NCBI RefSeq assembly: GCF_012562765.1
Contig: NZ_CP046226.1
Coordinates: forward strand, 90,001 to 122,000
Source: Candidatus Saccharimonadota bacterium
Lineage (GTDB): Bacteria > Pseudomonadota > Gammaproteobacteria > Enterobacterales > Enterobacteriaceae
DNA length: 32,000 nucleotides
Direction of reading: 5' to 3'
Part shown: one piece after another, positions 12,593-23,459 of the stretch
How the letters are laid out: each line of letters opens with the position of its first letter
Numbering within the stretch: position 1 is the stretch's first letter
Notes under the pieces: generated by a model
Told to the model about the DNA's origin: nothing
Database searches by the model: none
The model's input: only the letters and a program-made list of their open reading frames with translations
Translations under genes and position numbers: made by a program

Positions 12593-12682
12593 AAAATTAT
12601 TAATTCTTTTACAATAAAAATTAAAATTAAAAAATCATTTATATAAATATTTTTTATTAAAACAAATATTTTTATAAAAATA

Positions 12683-12705
12683 AGTTAAAATTTTTATTTT
12701 TAACT
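12683..12705 (-). terminator. Candidate weak terminator hairpin downstream of trpA
   Basis: 8-bp inverted repeat agttaaaa / ttttaact with a 7-nt loop. On the - strand it is followed by tattttta. The stem has only one G:C pair and sits in A+T-only sequence, so this could be chance. Confidence 0.3.
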
Positions 12706-12768
12706 AAAATTAAAATAATTTAAAATACTTTAATAAAAAATAATTATTTATATAAAAAAAATTTATAA

Positions 12769-13596
12769 TTATTCATATTTAATTGTAGCATATTTTAACT
12801 TTATTATTATATTTTTTAATATTTTTAATAATATTATAGGATTATATTGGTTATCTTCTATTAATTTAATAATAAATGATCCTAAAATAACTCCGTAAGC
12901 ACCATTATTAATAGCATTTTTAATATGATTAGTTGTATAGATTCCAAATCCTTGTAATGGTAATGCTGCATTATATTCTATTAATTTAGAAAATAAATGA
13001 GAAATATTAAATGTATTATTAATTGTTTGATCAATTCCAGTAATTCCAGATCTTGATAATACATAAGTATATGCACAATGAAAAGATGAAATTTGTTTTA
13101 ATAAATAATTATTAGCATTTGGTGGACAAATAAGTACAGGTAAAATTTTATTTTTAATTGATTTTTTATAAAAAGGCATAAATTCTTCAATAGGTACATC
13201 TACAATAAGAACAGAATCAATTCCAGATTTATAACATTGATTATAAAATTTATCTATACCATAAGAATAAATAATATTAGCATATATTAATATTCCAATA
13301 GGAATATTAGGATATTTATTTCTAATAATACTAATTAATTTAAAACATTTAATAATATTAATACCTATACTTAATGCCCTTTTATTTGCCTTTTGAATAA
13401 TAAATCCATCAGCTAATGGATCAGAAAATGGTATTCCTAATTCTAATCCATTTGAACCATTATGAATAAGAGTATCAATTATATTAAAAAATATTTCTAT
13501 AGATGGATCTCCTATAGTAATAAAAGGTATTAATGCAATTTCTTTCTTATTTTTTAAATATTGAAACATATTAGTATAACGTTTTTTCATATACAT
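12769..13596 (-). CDS. trpA: Tryptophan synthase alpha chain
   Basis: FITIGDP, LELGIPFSDPLADG, and C-terminal GFGI...GVILGS motifs are colinear with E. coli TrpA. Two candidate ATGs (13596 and 13590) follow an AGG just after the trpB stop, and homology favours neither decisively. Confidence 0.92.
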   Translation of the reverse strand: MYMKKRYTNMFQYLKNKKEIALIPFITIGDPSIEIFFNIIDTLIHNGSNGLELGIPFSDPLADGFIIQKANKRALSIGINIIKCFKLISIIRNKYPNIPIGILIYANIIYSYGIDKFYNQCYKSGIDSVLIVDVPIEEFMPFYKKSIKNKILPVLICPPNANNYLLKQISSFHCAYTYVLSRSGITGIDQTINNTFNISHLFSKLIEYNAALPLQGFGIYTTNHIKNAINNGAYGVILGSFIIKLIEDNQYNPIILLKILKNIIIKLKYATIKYE

Positions 13597-13607
13597 ATAA
13601 CCTATTA

Positions 13608-14780
13608 TTAATAATTATTAACTGTAGCAATATCTTTATCTCCTCTACCAGATAAATTTACTACTAATATTTGTTTTTTTATAGGATTTTTCTTAATAAT
13701 TTTTAAAGCATATGCTAGTGCATGTGAAGACTCTAAAGCTGGTATTATACCCTCTTTTGAACATAATAATTTAAAGGCTTCTATAGCTTCTTTATCTGTA
13801 ATAGAATCATATTTAGCTCTACCTATATTGTTTAAATATACATGTTCAGGTCCTACCGCAGGAAAATCTAAACCTGCAGATATTGAATAAGATTCATCGA
13901 TTTGATAATTTTCTGTTTGCATAATAGAAGTTTTCATACCAAAATAAATTCCTATTTTACCATGTTTTAAAGCAGAACCATGTTTTTTTGTATTAATACC
14001 TAAACCTCCTGGTTCTATTCCAATTAATTGTACAGATTTATCTAAAATAAAATCTTTAAATAATCCAATTGCATTAGATCCACCACCTACACATGCTATT
14101 AATATATCAGGTAATTTATTTTCCATTAAAATAATATCATTTTTTACTTCTTTACCTATTATACTTTGAAATTTACTTACTATAGTAGGATAAGGATGAG
14201 GACCAGCTGCAGTTCCTATCATATAATGAGAATCTTTATAATTACTTGACCAATAACGAATTGCTTCATTACATGCATCTTTTAATGTACCATTATTTTT
14301 ATTAACTGAAATTACTTCTGTTCCTAATAATTTCATTCTTAAAACATTAGATTTTTGACGTTGTATATCTTTTTCTCCCATAAAAACTTTACATTTTAAT
14401 TCTAAAAGTGCACATACTATTGATGCAGCTACACCGTGTTGTCCTGCACCTGTTTCTGCTATTATTTCTTTTTTATTCATTTTTTTTGCTAATAATGCTT
14501 GACCTAATGCTTGGTTAATTTTATGTGCTCCACTATGAAGTAGATCTTCTCTTTTTAAATAAAGAATAGTATTAGTATTTTTAGTTAAATTATTACATAA
14601 TGTTAATGGTGTAGGACGACCGACATAATTTTTTAACAAAAAATCATATTGTTTTTTAAAAATAGGATCATTTTGAGATTGAATAAATACTTGTTCTAAT
14701 TCTAATAAAACAGGTGTTAATATTTGTGGTACAAACATTCCACCAAATTTACCAAAATAACTAGGTAATAAAGTAATCAT
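13608..14780 (-). CDS. trpB: Tryptophan synthase beta chain
   Basis: 390 aa with [11 protein letters not shown], the PLP-lysine region [25 protein letters not shown] and SGRGDKD. It is nearly colinear with E. coli TrpB. Confidence 0.97.
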   Translation of the reverse strand: MITLLPSYFGKFGGMFVPQILTPVLLELEQVFIQSQNDPIFKKQYDFLLKNYVGRPTPLTLCNNLTKNTNTILYLKREDLLHSGAHKINQALGQALLAKKMNKKEIIAETGAGQHGVAASIVCALLELKCKVFMGEKDIQRQKSNVLRMKLLGTEVISVNKNNGTLKDACNEAIRYWSSNYKDSHYMIGTAAGPHPYPTIVSKFQSIIGKEVKNDIILMENKLPDILIACVGGGSNAIGLFKDFILDKSVQLIGIEPGGLGINTKKHGSALKHGKIGIYFGMKTSIMQTENYQIDESYSISAGLDFPAVGPEHVYLNNIGRAKYDSITDKEAIEAFKLLCSKEGIIPALESSHALAYALKIIKKNPIKKQILVVNLSGRGDKDIATVNNY

Positions 14781-14819
14781 TTAAATATTTTCCTTAGATT
14801 AAAAAATAAATAATTTATA

Positions 14820-16193
14820 TTAATAATCACGTAGATTTTTAAAAATGTTTTTTATTTTAAAATGATCTTTAATACCAGGAATTTTTTCTACTCCTGAATT
14901 AAAATCTAGTCCATAACATTTTAATTTAATTGCTTCTCTAAGATTATTTTTATTTAAACCGCCTGCTAATAGAATATTTTGATTATTTTTTCCTTTTAAT
15001 AAATTCCAATTAAATTTAATTCCTTTACCAGGTAAATAATTATCAAATACATATAAATCTACGTTATTATACTTATAATAAGGAATATGATCATGTATTT
15101 TTATAACTTTCCAAATTTTAATTTTATTAGATAATTTATTGCGTAATATATTAATAAAATTTTGATTTTCTTCTCCATGTAATTGAACTGCATATAATGA
15201 TAATATTTTTGATATTTGAATAATTTCTTCAATTGTACTATTATAAAATATTCCTATATATAATAATTTTTTAACATTAAATACAATATTTTTTGCAATT
15301 TTAATATTAATATTTCTTATAGAACTATTTATAAAAATTAAGCCACCAAAAATACTACCTGAATCATTAGTTATTTTAGCATCTTTAATTGTTTTTAAAC
15401 CACATATTTTATTTATTCCAAAAATTAAATTTTTAACCGCATATAGAATATTTTTTTTAGAAGTTATTGCAGAACCTATTAAAAATCCATTAACAAATTT
15501 ACTTAATTGTCTTATCGTAAAATTATTATCAATTCCTGATTCACTAATTAATATAATTTCTTTAGGAATATAATTTAATTTTGCTAAATTATATGTTTTA
15601 TTAAGATCTATTGAAAAATCACTTAAATTCCTATTATTAATACCAATAATTTTTGCCTTTAAATATATTGCTCTTTTAAGTTCATTTTCATTATTAATTT
15701 CAGTTAATATACCCATATTTAATTGATGTGCAATTTTAGATAATCTAATATATTCTTTATCATTTAAAATAGATAATATTAATAGTATAGCATCAGCACT
15801 ATGATATCTTGCAAAATATATTTGATAAGGATCTAAAATAAAATCTTTACATAATATTGGTTGTGGTACCATATTTCTAATTATTCTAATATCATTAAAA
15901 TTTCCTTGAAAATATTTTTCGTCAGTAAGAACAGAAATAACAGATGAATAATTTTTATAAACTTGAGCAAAAGATTTTAAATTATAATTTTTACAAATTA
16001 ATCCTTTTGATGGAGAATATTTCTTACATTCTAAAATAAATACACTACTATTGCTTTTTAATGCATTATAAAAGTCATATTTAGTTTTTTTTATATATGG
16101 AATAATGTTTTTTATAGGAATATATTTTTTTTTATTTTGAATCCAAGAAATTTTATTTTTTAATATTTCTTCTAAAATTTTTTTTTGATGCAT
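14820..16193 (-). CDS. trpC: Bifunctional indole-3-glycerol-phosphate synthase / phosphoribosylanthranilate isomerase
   Basis: 457 aa, two-domain length as in enterobacterial TrpC(F). It has an N-terminal IGPS region (ECKKYSPSKG, ISVLTDEKYFQG) and a C-terminal PRAI region (KICGL..., QLHGEE). It starts 2 nt after the trpD stop. Confidence 0.93.
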   Translation of the reverse strand: MHQKKILEEILKNKISWIQNKKKYIPIKNIIPYIKKTKYDFYNALKSNSSVFILECKKYSPSKGLICKNYNLKSFAQVYKNYSSVISVLTDEKYFQGNFNDIRIIRNMVPQPILCKDFILDPYQIYFARYHSADAILLILSILNDKEYIRLSKIAHQLNMGILTEINNENELKRAIYLKAKIIGINNRNLSDFSIDLNKTYNLAKLNYIPKEIILISESGIDNNFTIRQLSKFVNGFLIGSAITSKKNILYAVKNLIFGINKICGLKTIKDAKITNDSGSIFGGLIFINSSIRNINIKIAKNIVFNVKKLLYIGIFYNSTIEEIIQISKILSLYAVQLHGEENQNFINILRNKLSNKIKIWKVIKIHDHIPYYKYNNVDLYVFDNYLPGKGIKFNWNLLKGKNNQNILLAGGLNKNNLREAIKLKCYGLDFNSGVEKIPGIKDHFKIKNIFKNLRDY

Positions 16194-16195
16194 AG

Positions 16196-17215
16196 TTATT
16201 TTTTTATATAACCTTTATTTATTAAATTAATAATATAATTATAACCAGAACCATTATTAATGGTATTAAGAACCATTTCTGTATTTTGGATTAAATTATT
16301 TTTTCCATGTAATTTCAATAAAAAAGCAACATTTACTGCTATAGTATTTTTATAACTAATATTAGTACAATTTCCTTTTAATAATTTTATTAAACATTTA
16401 GCATTTTGTTCTGGAATACCTCCAATTAAATCTTTACTAGAGATATAATCTAATCCAAAATCTTTAGGGGTTAATATATAATTAGAAATTATATTATTAT
16501 TTAATTCAAAAACATAAGTATTACTATGTAATGATATTTCATCCATACCATTACAATGAACTACAGCTGCATTTTTATATTTTAATAATTTTAAAGTATT
16601 AATGATAGGTATTAATAAATTTTTTTTATATACACCAATTAAAATTACTTGAGGTTTAGCAGGATTTACTAAAGGTCCTAATATATTTAAAATAGTTCTC
16701 GTTTTTAATTGTTTTCTTATATTCATACAATATGAAAAAAAATTATTATATTTAGGTGCTAATAAAAAACATAAATTAAAATTATCTAATAATTTCCGAG
16801 AAATTTTTCTAGATTGATTTAATTGAATACCCATAGCTGATAATACATCAGCTGATCCAGATTTACTTGATATACAATAATTAATATGTTTTACTATTTT
16901 TAATCCACAAGCTGCAGCAATAAAAGCACTACCTGTAGAAATATTTAAAGTATTCATATTATCACCACCAGTACCTACAATATCAGAAATAATATATTTT
17001 GGTTTAGGAAAATATTTAATTTGATTAGATAAAATTGCAGTTACTGCACCAGCAATTTCTTCAGAATTTTCTCCTTTAATTTTCATTGAAATTAAAATAG
17101 CTACTAATTGACTTAAATATAATTTTTTGTTTATAATTGCTGAAAAAAGATAATTACTTTCATCTTTAGAAATATTCTTAGAATTATATAATTTATTTAA
17201 AATAAAATTAATCAT
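16196..17215 (-). CDS. trpD: Anthranilate phosphoribosyltransferase (stand-alone, not fused to TrpG)
   Basis: 339 aa with DIVGTGGD, NISTGSAF and KHINYCISSKSGSADVL motifs. It corresponds to the C-terminal part of the E. coli TrpGD fusion. Confidence 0.93.
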   Translation of the reverse strand: MINFILNKLYNSKNISKDESNYLFSAIINKKLYLSQLVAILISMKIKGENSEEIAGAVTAILSNQIKYFPKPKYIISDIVGTGGDNMNTLNISTGSAFIAAACGLKIVKHINYCISSKSGSADVLSAMGIQLNQSRKISRKLLDNFNLCFLLAPKYNNFFSYCMNIRKQLKTRTILNILGPLVNPAKPQVILIGVYKKNLLIPIINTLKLLKYKNAAVVHCNGMDEISLHSNTYVFELNNNIISNYILTPKDFGLDYISSKDLIGGIPEQNAKCLIKLLKGNCTNISYKNTIAVNVAFLLKLHGKNNLIQNTEMVLNTINNGSGYNYIINLINKGYIKK

Positions 17216-17238
17216 TTATCACTTTATAAAATTATTAT

Positions 17239-17817
17239 TTACGATAAAGCCCAACGGATAGTTTGTTTTATTAAAATATTTCCATCTGGAGTTAAAATAG
17301 ATTCAGGATGAAATTGAAAACCACATATTCTATTATAATTAAAACGAAAACTCATAATTATATTTTTATATTTTGAATTAATTGTCAAAATATTAGGTAT
17401 TTTATCTACAATTAATGAATGATAACGAGCTACATTCATAGGATTTTTTATACCAAAAAACATTGCTTTATTGTCATGAATAATAGCTGAAGATTTACCA
17501 TGTAAAATTTTTTTTGCTCTTATAATATATCCACCATAAGATTCAATTATTGCTTGATGTCCTAAACATATACCAATAATAGGTAATTTACCTATTAAAA
17601 TTTTTAATAAATCAGGCATAAATCCAGCATTACTTGGTAATCCTGGACCAGGAGACAATAATAAAATAGGATTTTTTATCTTACTTAATTTTTTTAATAA
17701 AAAATTGATTGGAATATTATTACGATAAATTATTACTTTATGATTTAAAGAACGTATTTGATCAACTAAATTATAAGTAAATGAATCAATATTATCTAAA
17801 ATAAATATATTAGACAT
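17239..17817 (-). CDS. trpG: Anthranilate synthase component II (glutamine amidotransferase)
   Basis: 192 aa class-I GATase with nucleophile GICLGHQ and the HPES motif (FQFHPESILT). It is preceded by GGAG directly after the trpE stop (TAAGGAGTGCAAATAAATG), which suggests translational coupling. Confidence 0.94.
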   Translation of the reverse strand: MSNIFILDNIDSFTYNLVDQIRSLNHKVIIYRNNIPINFLLKKLSKIKNPILLLSPGPGLPSNAGFMPDLLKILIGKLPIIGICLGHQAIIESYGGYIIRAKKILHGKSSAIIHDNKAMFFGIKNPMNVARYHSLIVDKIPNILTINSKYKNIIMSFRFNYNRICGFQFHPESILTPDGNILIKQTIRWALS

Positions 17818-17830
17818 TTATTTGCACTCC

Positions 17831-19396
17831 TTATAACAAATTACTTCTTGCTATAGCATTTAAAACTGCTTTTGCTTTATTAAAGCTTTCATTTGCTTCA
17901 GATTGTGGTTCTGAATCTAATACTATTCCTGCTCCTGCTTGTACAGTAGCTGTATTATTTTGAATATAAGCAGAACGTATTATGATACATGTATCTAAAT
18001 CTCCATGTGCTGTTAAATAACCAATAGCTCCTCCATAACTACCTCTTTGTTCTTTTTCAACTTCAGCTATTAATTGCATAGCACGTACTTTTGGTGCACC
18101 AGTTAAAGTACCCATATTCATACATGCACGATAAGCATGTAAAGCATCTAAATCTACATTAAGTACACCTACAACTCTAGATACTAAATGCATTACGTAA
18201 TAATAACGATCAACTTTAGTTAAATCAGCTACATATCTACTTCCAGGAATACATATTTTTGCTAAATCATTTCTTGCTAAATCAACTAACATTAAATGTT
18301 CTGACATTTCTTTTTGATCTGTTCTCATTTCTAATTCAATACGACTATCTAAATCTAAATTTAAAATATTATTAATATATTTTCTTGATCTAGTACCAGC
18401 AATTGGATATAATTCTACTTGTCTATTGATAGAATTAAATTTTAATGAACTTTCAGGAGAAGCTCCAAATAGAATAAATTCTTTATCTTGCATAAAAAAC
18501 ATATATGGACTAGGATTAATTGTTTTTAAAATATCATATGCAGCTAAAGGATTATAACATGGTAAAAAAAATTTTCTTGATGGTACTACTTGAAAAATTT
18601 CTCCTAATTTAATATAAGATTTTAGTTTTTTTATTATATTACAATATTCATAATCATTTTGATTGCATGTATAAGGAATATTATTAATATTTGTTTGTTT
18701 AATATTAATTAAAGGAAATGTGATTGTTTTTTTTATTTGTTTATCAAGATCTTTAATACGTTTTTTTAATCTTATAAATTCTTTTTTATTTGGTATATAA
18801 ATACTAGCTTGTAAATTTGATGTTTTTTTTTTATGGTCTATTATTAATAATATTTCAGATAAATAAAAACAATAATCAGGACATATATTTTGATTTTTTA
18901 TTCTTTTTGGTAATTTTTCAAAATTATATATTAAATCATAAGAAAATAGTCCTCCTAAAAACATAGATTTTCTTTTTTTATTATTAGGCAATTTTACTAA
19001 TTTTAGTATATATCTTAGTATATCAAATACAGATAATGATTTTAATCTTGTATCTTCATCTTCAAATTTTTTTATTTCTGGAAAAATTAAGAAACGACTA
19101 TTTATTTTTTTTTGATTAGAGATATTTTTAGGTAAAAATTTATCTAATAATTGTAATAATAAATTTCCATTTTCAGAAAATGATTCAATCATAACAGTAT
19201 TCTTAATAGAACTAATTCTTAATGAACTATCAATAATAAGTAAAGTTTGTAAATTATTTTTACTACTAATATCTACTGATTCTAATAATAAAGTATATTT
19301 TTTTTGTTTACATAATTTATTAAATATAAAAGTAGGATTTTCTATATAAATAGTTTTAGTTGTAATTAATTCTAATGTAGGTTTTATAATTTTCAT
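17831..19396 (-). CDS. trpE: Anthranilate synthase component I
   Basis: 521 aa with the N-terminal LLLES regulatory motif, NPSPYMFF, and a highly conserved C-terminal chorismate-binding core (GTLTGAPKVRAMQLI, GSYGGAIGY, AGAGIV). Confidence 0.95.
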   Translation of the reverse strand: MKIIKPTLELITTKTIYIENPTFIFNKLCKQKKYTLLLESVDISSKNNLQTLLIIDSSLRISSIKNTVMIESFSENGNLLLQLLDKFLPKNISNQKKINSRFLIFPEIKKFEDEDTRLKSLSVFDILRYILKLVKLPNNKKRKSMFLGGLFSYDLIYNFEKLPKRIKNQNICPDYCFYLSEILLIIDHKKKTSNLQASIYIPNKKEFIRLKKRIKDLDKQIKKTITFPLINIKQTNINNIPYTCNQNDYEYCNIIKKLKSYIKLGEIFQVVPSRKFFLPCYNPLAAYDILKTINPSPYMFFMQDKEFILFGASPESSLKFNSINRQVELYPIAGTRSRKYINNILNLDLDSRIELEMRTDQKEMSEHLMLVDLARNDLAKICIPGSRYVADLTKVDRYYYVMHLVSRVVGVLNVDLDALHAYRACMNMGTLTGAPKVRAMQLIAEVEKEQRGSYGGAIGYLTAHGDLDTCIIIRSAYIQNNTATVQAGAGIVLDSEPQSEANESFNKAKAVLNAIARSNLL

Positions 19397-19575
19397 ATTA
19401 TATTTCTCAAATTTAACTAATAATATTAGTAAAATAATATGATTAAAATGATAATTAAATATTATTTATATTTATGAAATATATGTTTTTAAGAATAAAT
19501 ATTCATAATAAATCAATTTAAATTTACTATAAATAAAATTAATTGTATATAAAAATATATAAGTAATTTAGTTTA

Positions 19576-20616
19576 TTAAACTTTAAAAAGAAAATGAATT
19601 ATATCTCTATTCTTAATAATATAATTTTTACCTTCTAATCTAATTTTCCCTGCTAATTTTAATTTATTTTCATTTTTATAAAAAATATAATCATTATAAT
19701 TTATTATTTTAGCTCTAATAAAACCTCTTTTAATATCACTATGAATTTTTTTTGCTGCTTCTAATGCAATTGTTCCTTTAATAATACTCCATGATTTTAC
19801 TTCTTTTATACCCACGGTATAAAATGTAATTAAATTTAATAAATTAAAACTAGTTATTATAATTTTATCTAAAAAATAATTTTGTAATTTATTAATTTTA
19901 GTTAACGCTAATTTTACACATATATTTATAGTATTATATTTTTTAGATATAAATTGTAATTGATCTAAATATAATTTACTAAATAATTTATTATCATTTA
20001 TATTCGCAATAATAATCATTGGTTTTATAGTCAATAATTTAATCTTATTAAGAATTATTAATTCTTCTATACTTAAGTTTATTGTATTAAGTAATTTATT
20101 TTTTTTTAATTTATTCAAACATAAATTTAATAAATCTATAATTTGATTATTTTTTTTAAAATTATTTTTTATAGATAAATTTGATATTAATTTTGTGCAT
20201 AAATTAATATCAAATTGAATAATTTCATTATTAATTATATTAATATCATTAATAGGATTAATATTAGGTGATATGTGTAATATATTTTCATCATCAAAAA
20301 AACGTACTACATGAATAATAACATTCATTTCTGTTATATTATTTAAAAATTTATTTCCTAATCCATGTCCTTTAGATGCTCCTTTAATTAAACCTGCTAT
20401 ATCTACAAATTTAATTGTAGATGGAATAATTTTTTTAGATTGTACAATTTCAGATAATATCTCTAATTTTTTATCAGGTACATTAACAATACTAATATTA
20501 GGTTCTATTGTACAAAAAGGATAATTAGATGCATTAACATTTGAATTAGTTAATGCATTAAATAAAGTTGATTTTCCTACATTAGGTAATCCAATTATAC
20601 CACATTTTAATTTCAC
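19576..20616 (-). CDS. ychF: Ribosome-binding ATPase YchF (Obg-like)
   Basis: 346 aa with GIIGLPNVGKSTLFNALT, FVDIAGLIKGASKG and C-terminal YIIKNRDIIHFLF. The start is GTG (reverse complement of 20614-20616). It aligns with E. coli Met1, and no in-frame ATG lies upstream before a stop. Confidence 0.92.
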   Translation of the reverse strand: MKLKCGIIGLPNVGKSTLFNALTNSNVNASNYPFCTIEPNISIVNVPDKKLEILSEIVQSKKIIPSTIKFVDIAGLIKGASKGHGLGNKFLNNITEMNVIIHVVRFFDDENILHISPNINPINDINIINNEIIQFDINLCTKLISNLSIKNNFKKNNQIIDLLNLCLNKLKKNKLLNTINLSIEELIILNKIKLLTIKPMIIIANINDNKLFSKLYLDQLQFISKKYNTINICVKLALTKINKLQNYFLDKIIITSFNLLNLITFYTVGIKEVKSWSIIKGTIALEAAKKIHSDIKRGFIRAKIINYNDYIFYKNENKLKLAGKIRLEGKNYIIKNRDIIHFLFKV

Positions 20617-20636
20617 AGTTATTTTAATCCTCTAAT

Positions 20637-21215
20637 TTATTTAGAGTGGAGATAATTCATAGCTTTACAAAAACTATTTGTATTTATAAAAATTTTAATT
20701 GCATTAATTATATTTTTCATAGCAAAATAAATTATTTTTTTTTCTATTATTGTTGGTTTATTTAATACAAAATTATTTATTTTGGATTTATGTATAGGAT
20801 GACCAATACCTATTCTTAATCTGTAAAATAATTTATTATTAAAAGTTTTTATAATATCATTTAATCCATTATGTCCTCCACTTCCTCCACCATATTTAAA
20901 TTTTATTTTTCCTGGAATAAAATCTAATTCATCATGTATAATTAAAATATTATTTAAAGTAATTTTATAAAAATAAGATGTAAGTAATATTGATTTACCA
21001 GAATTATTTACAAAAGAATTAGGAATTAATAAAATTATTTTTTTATTATATAAATTAATAAAACCAATATAACTACGTAATTTTTCTATTTTTTTTAATT
21101 TTATTTTAAAGTAATTAGCAAGATAATTAATATAATCAGATCCAATATTATGACGTGATCCAATAAATTTTGTTCCAATATTACCTAAACCAACAATGAT
21201 TTTTATAGTATTCAA
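20637..21215 (-). CDS. pth: Peptidyl-tRNA hydrolase
   Basis: 192 aa with IVGLGNIG, RHNIG, catalytic His region, GGHNGLNDI and RLRIGIGHP. The start is TTG (reverse complement of 21213-21215), with AGGA 8 nt upstream. It aligns with the E. coli N-terminus MTIKLIVGL. Confidence 0.9.
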   Translation of the reverse strand: MNTIKIIVGLGNIGTKFIGSRHNIGSDYINYLANYFKIKLKKIEKLRSYIGFINLYNKKIILLIPNSFVNNSGKSILLTSYFYKITLNNILIIHDELDFIPGKIKFKYGGGSGGHNGLNDIIKTFNNKLFYRLRIGIGHPIHKSKINNFVLNKPTIIEKKIIYFAMKNIINAIKIFINTNSFCKAMNYLHSK

Positions 21216-21230
21216 AGAATATATCCTATA

Positions 21231-22181
21231 TTAATCTTTAAACATTACAGAAATAGATTCTTCATTATTTATTCTTCGAATAGATTCTGCAAGCATTTCT
21301 GATAAAGTTAATTTTCTTATATTTTTTAATTTTTTTATTTTATTTGATAATGGAATAGTATCACATACTATAATTTCATCTATTAAAGAATTAGAAAAAT
21401 TATTTATAGCATTACCAGAAAAAATTGGATGAGTTGCATATGCAAAAACACGTTTAGCTCCATTATTTTTTAATACTTTTGCTGCTTGACATAATGTTCC
21501 ACCTGTATCGATAATATCATCTATTAAAATACAATCTCGATTTACAATATCTCCAATAATATGCATAACCTCAGATACATTAGATTTAGATCTTCTTTTA
21601 TCTATAATAGCCATATCAGTACCATTTAATAATGTTGTTGCTATTGTTCTAGCACGTATTACACCTCCAATATCTGGTGATACTATTACAGGTTTATCTA
21701 AAAATATTCTTGTCATATCTTCGATAAAAATAGAACTACTAAAAACATTATCTACTGGTATATCAAAAAAACCTTGAATTTGTTCTGCGTGTAAATCTAC
21801 TGTTAAAACTCTATCTATACCTACACCAGATAAAAAATCAGCTATAACTTTTGCTGTAATAGGTACTCTTGCAGATCTTAATCTACGATCTTGTCTTGAA
21901 TATCCAAAATATGGAATAACTGCTGTTATTCTACCTGCAGAAGCTCTTCTTAATGCATCTGCTATAATAATTAATTCAATTAAATTATCATTTGTAGGGT
22001 TACAAGTAGATTGAATTATAAAAACATCATCTCCTCTAACATTTTCATTTATTTGAACAGAAATTTCTCCATCACTAAATTTACCTACATATGCTTTTCC
22101 TAAATTAGTATATAAATGATCTGCTATTTTTTGTGCTAATTCTGGAATAGCATTTCCAGAAAATAATTTCATATCAGACAT
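21231..22181 (-). CDS. prs: Ribose-phosphate pyrophosphokinase (PRPP synthetase)
   Basis: [20 protein letters not shown]... is colinear with E. coli Prs through to [10 protein letters not shown] place the start at the ATG at 22181, which has AAGGAA upstream. The ORF-track start at 22262 would add 27 hydrophobic, non-homologous residues. Confidence 0.95.
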   Translation of the reverse strand: MSDMKLFSGNAIPELAQKIADHLYTNLGKAYVGKFSDGEISVQINENVRGDDVFIIQSTCNPTNDNLIELIIIADALRRASAGRITAVIPYFGYSRQDRRLRSARVPITAKVIADFLSGVGIDRVLTVDLHAEQIQGFFDIPVDNVFSSSIFIEDMTRIFLDKPVIVSPDIGGVIRARTIATTLLNGTDMAIIDKRRSKSNVSEVMHIIGDIVNRDCILIDDIIDTGGTLCQAAKVLKNNGAKRVFAYATHPIFSGNAINNFSNSLIDEIIVCDTIPLSNKIKKLKNIRKLTLSEMLAESIRRINNEESISVMFKD

Positions 22182-22367
22182 AATATATTCCTTAAATAAT
22201 ATTATAAAAATAATAATTCTTTCAGAAAGATAAAAAATTTTAAATATATATAAAAATATCATATATATGATAAAATATAGTACATTTTATTAATATAACT
22301 TTATAAATTTTTAATTTATTTGTTATATATTCTATTTAAATAAAATTTATAAAATAAAATTTAATTT

Positions 22368-23459
22368 ATGAATCATTCTATTATTAAAAAACTTAATTTA
22401 TTACATAAACGTTATATATATATTGAAAAAAAATTAAGTAATTATAAAATATATAATAATCAAAAAAATTTACGTGTTTTATCAATGGAATATATTAATT
22501 TATCTCTTATAATAAAACCATTTATTAAATGGAAAAAATTAGAATCAGAATTAAATAATAATCAAGAATTATTATATGATGAAGAGATATATTCTATTGT
22601 TTTAGAAGATAATAAAAATATTAAAATTAAACAAAAAAAAATAGAAAAAGAAATTACAATGCTTTTATTATCTAAAAATAATGATGAAAATAATAGAAAT
22701 TGTTTTTTAGAAATTAGAGCTGGATCAGGAGGAAATGAAGCAGCTATTTTTGTAGGAAATATTTATCGAATGTATATTCGTTATGCTGAATCAAAAGGTT
22801 GGAGAGTTAAAATAATTAATGTTCATTATGGTGATTATGGTGGGTATAAAGAAATTATATTAAAAATAATTGGTAATGGTGTATATGGAAAATTAAGATT
22901 TGAATCTGGTGGTCATAGAGTACAAAGAGTTCCTGAAACAGAATCACAAGGAAGAGTTCATACTTCTACATGTACTGTAGCAGTTATGCCAGAATTATCT
23001 AAATCTGAAATGCCAGAAATTAATAATAATGATTTAAAAATTGATACTTTTCGTTCTTCTGGTGCAGGTGGTCAACATGTTAATACAACTGATTCTGCTA
23101 TTCGTATTACTCATATACCTACAGGAATTGTTGTTGAATGTCAAGATGAAAGATCTCAACATAAAAATAAATCTAAAGCTCTATCAGTCTTAGTAGCAAG
23201 AATTAATGCAGCAGAAATAGCTAAAAGAAATAAAAATGAATCGTTAAAAAGAAAAAATTTATTAGGAACTGGAGATCGTTCTGATAGAAACCGCACATAT
23301 AATTTTATTCAAAAGAGAGTAACAGATCACCGTATTAATTTAACAGTTTATAGATTAGATGAAATTATGAATGGAAAATTAGATATTTTAATTAAACATA
23401 TTATAAATAAATATCATACTGATTTATTATTATCTACGTCAAAAGTAAATGAAAATTAA
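22368..23459 (+). CDS. prfA: Peptide chain release factor 1
   Basis: 363 aa with the GGQ motif ([15 protein letters not shown]) and PxT codon-recognition tripeptide (PET) in [17 protein letters not shown]. It is followed by prmC as in E. coli. Confidence 0.96.
   Translation: MNHSIIKKLNLLHKRYIYIEKKLSNYKIYNNQKNLRVLSMEYINLSLIIKPFIKWKKLESELNNNQELLYDEEIYSIVLEDNKNIKIKQKKIEKEITMLLLSKNNDENNRNCFLEIRAGSGGNEAAIFVGNIYRMYIRYAESKGWRVKIINVHYGDYGGYKEIILKIIGNGVYGKLRFESGGHRVQRVPETESQGRVHTSTCTVAVMPELSKSEMPEINNNDLKIDTFRSSGAGGQHVNTTDSAIRITHIPTGIVVECQDERSQHKNKSKALSVLVARINAAEIAKRNKNESLKRKNLLGTGDRSDRNRTYNFIQKRVTDHRINLTVYRLDEIMNGKLDILIKHIINKYHTDLLLSTSKVNEN

Noticed and set aside
22182-22262. N-terminal extensions suggested by the ORF track for prs (22182-22262), pheT (28008-28067), acpP (1469-1498) and ihfA (30544-30552)
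   Set aside because: The extensions have no counterpart in the E. coli orthologues. They overlap the upstream gene (pheT) or lack a Shine-Dalgarno sequence, while the internal ATGs align with the orthologous Met1 and have AAGGA/AGGAAA-type sites at proper spacing.
22932-22940. RF1 codon-recognition tripeptide reads PET rather than the E. coli PAT
   Set aside because: The middle residue of the PxT motif is variable among bacterial RF1 proteins, and the flanking RVP.TESQGR.HTS context and the GGQ motif are intact. This gives no basis for inferring altered stop-codon recognition.
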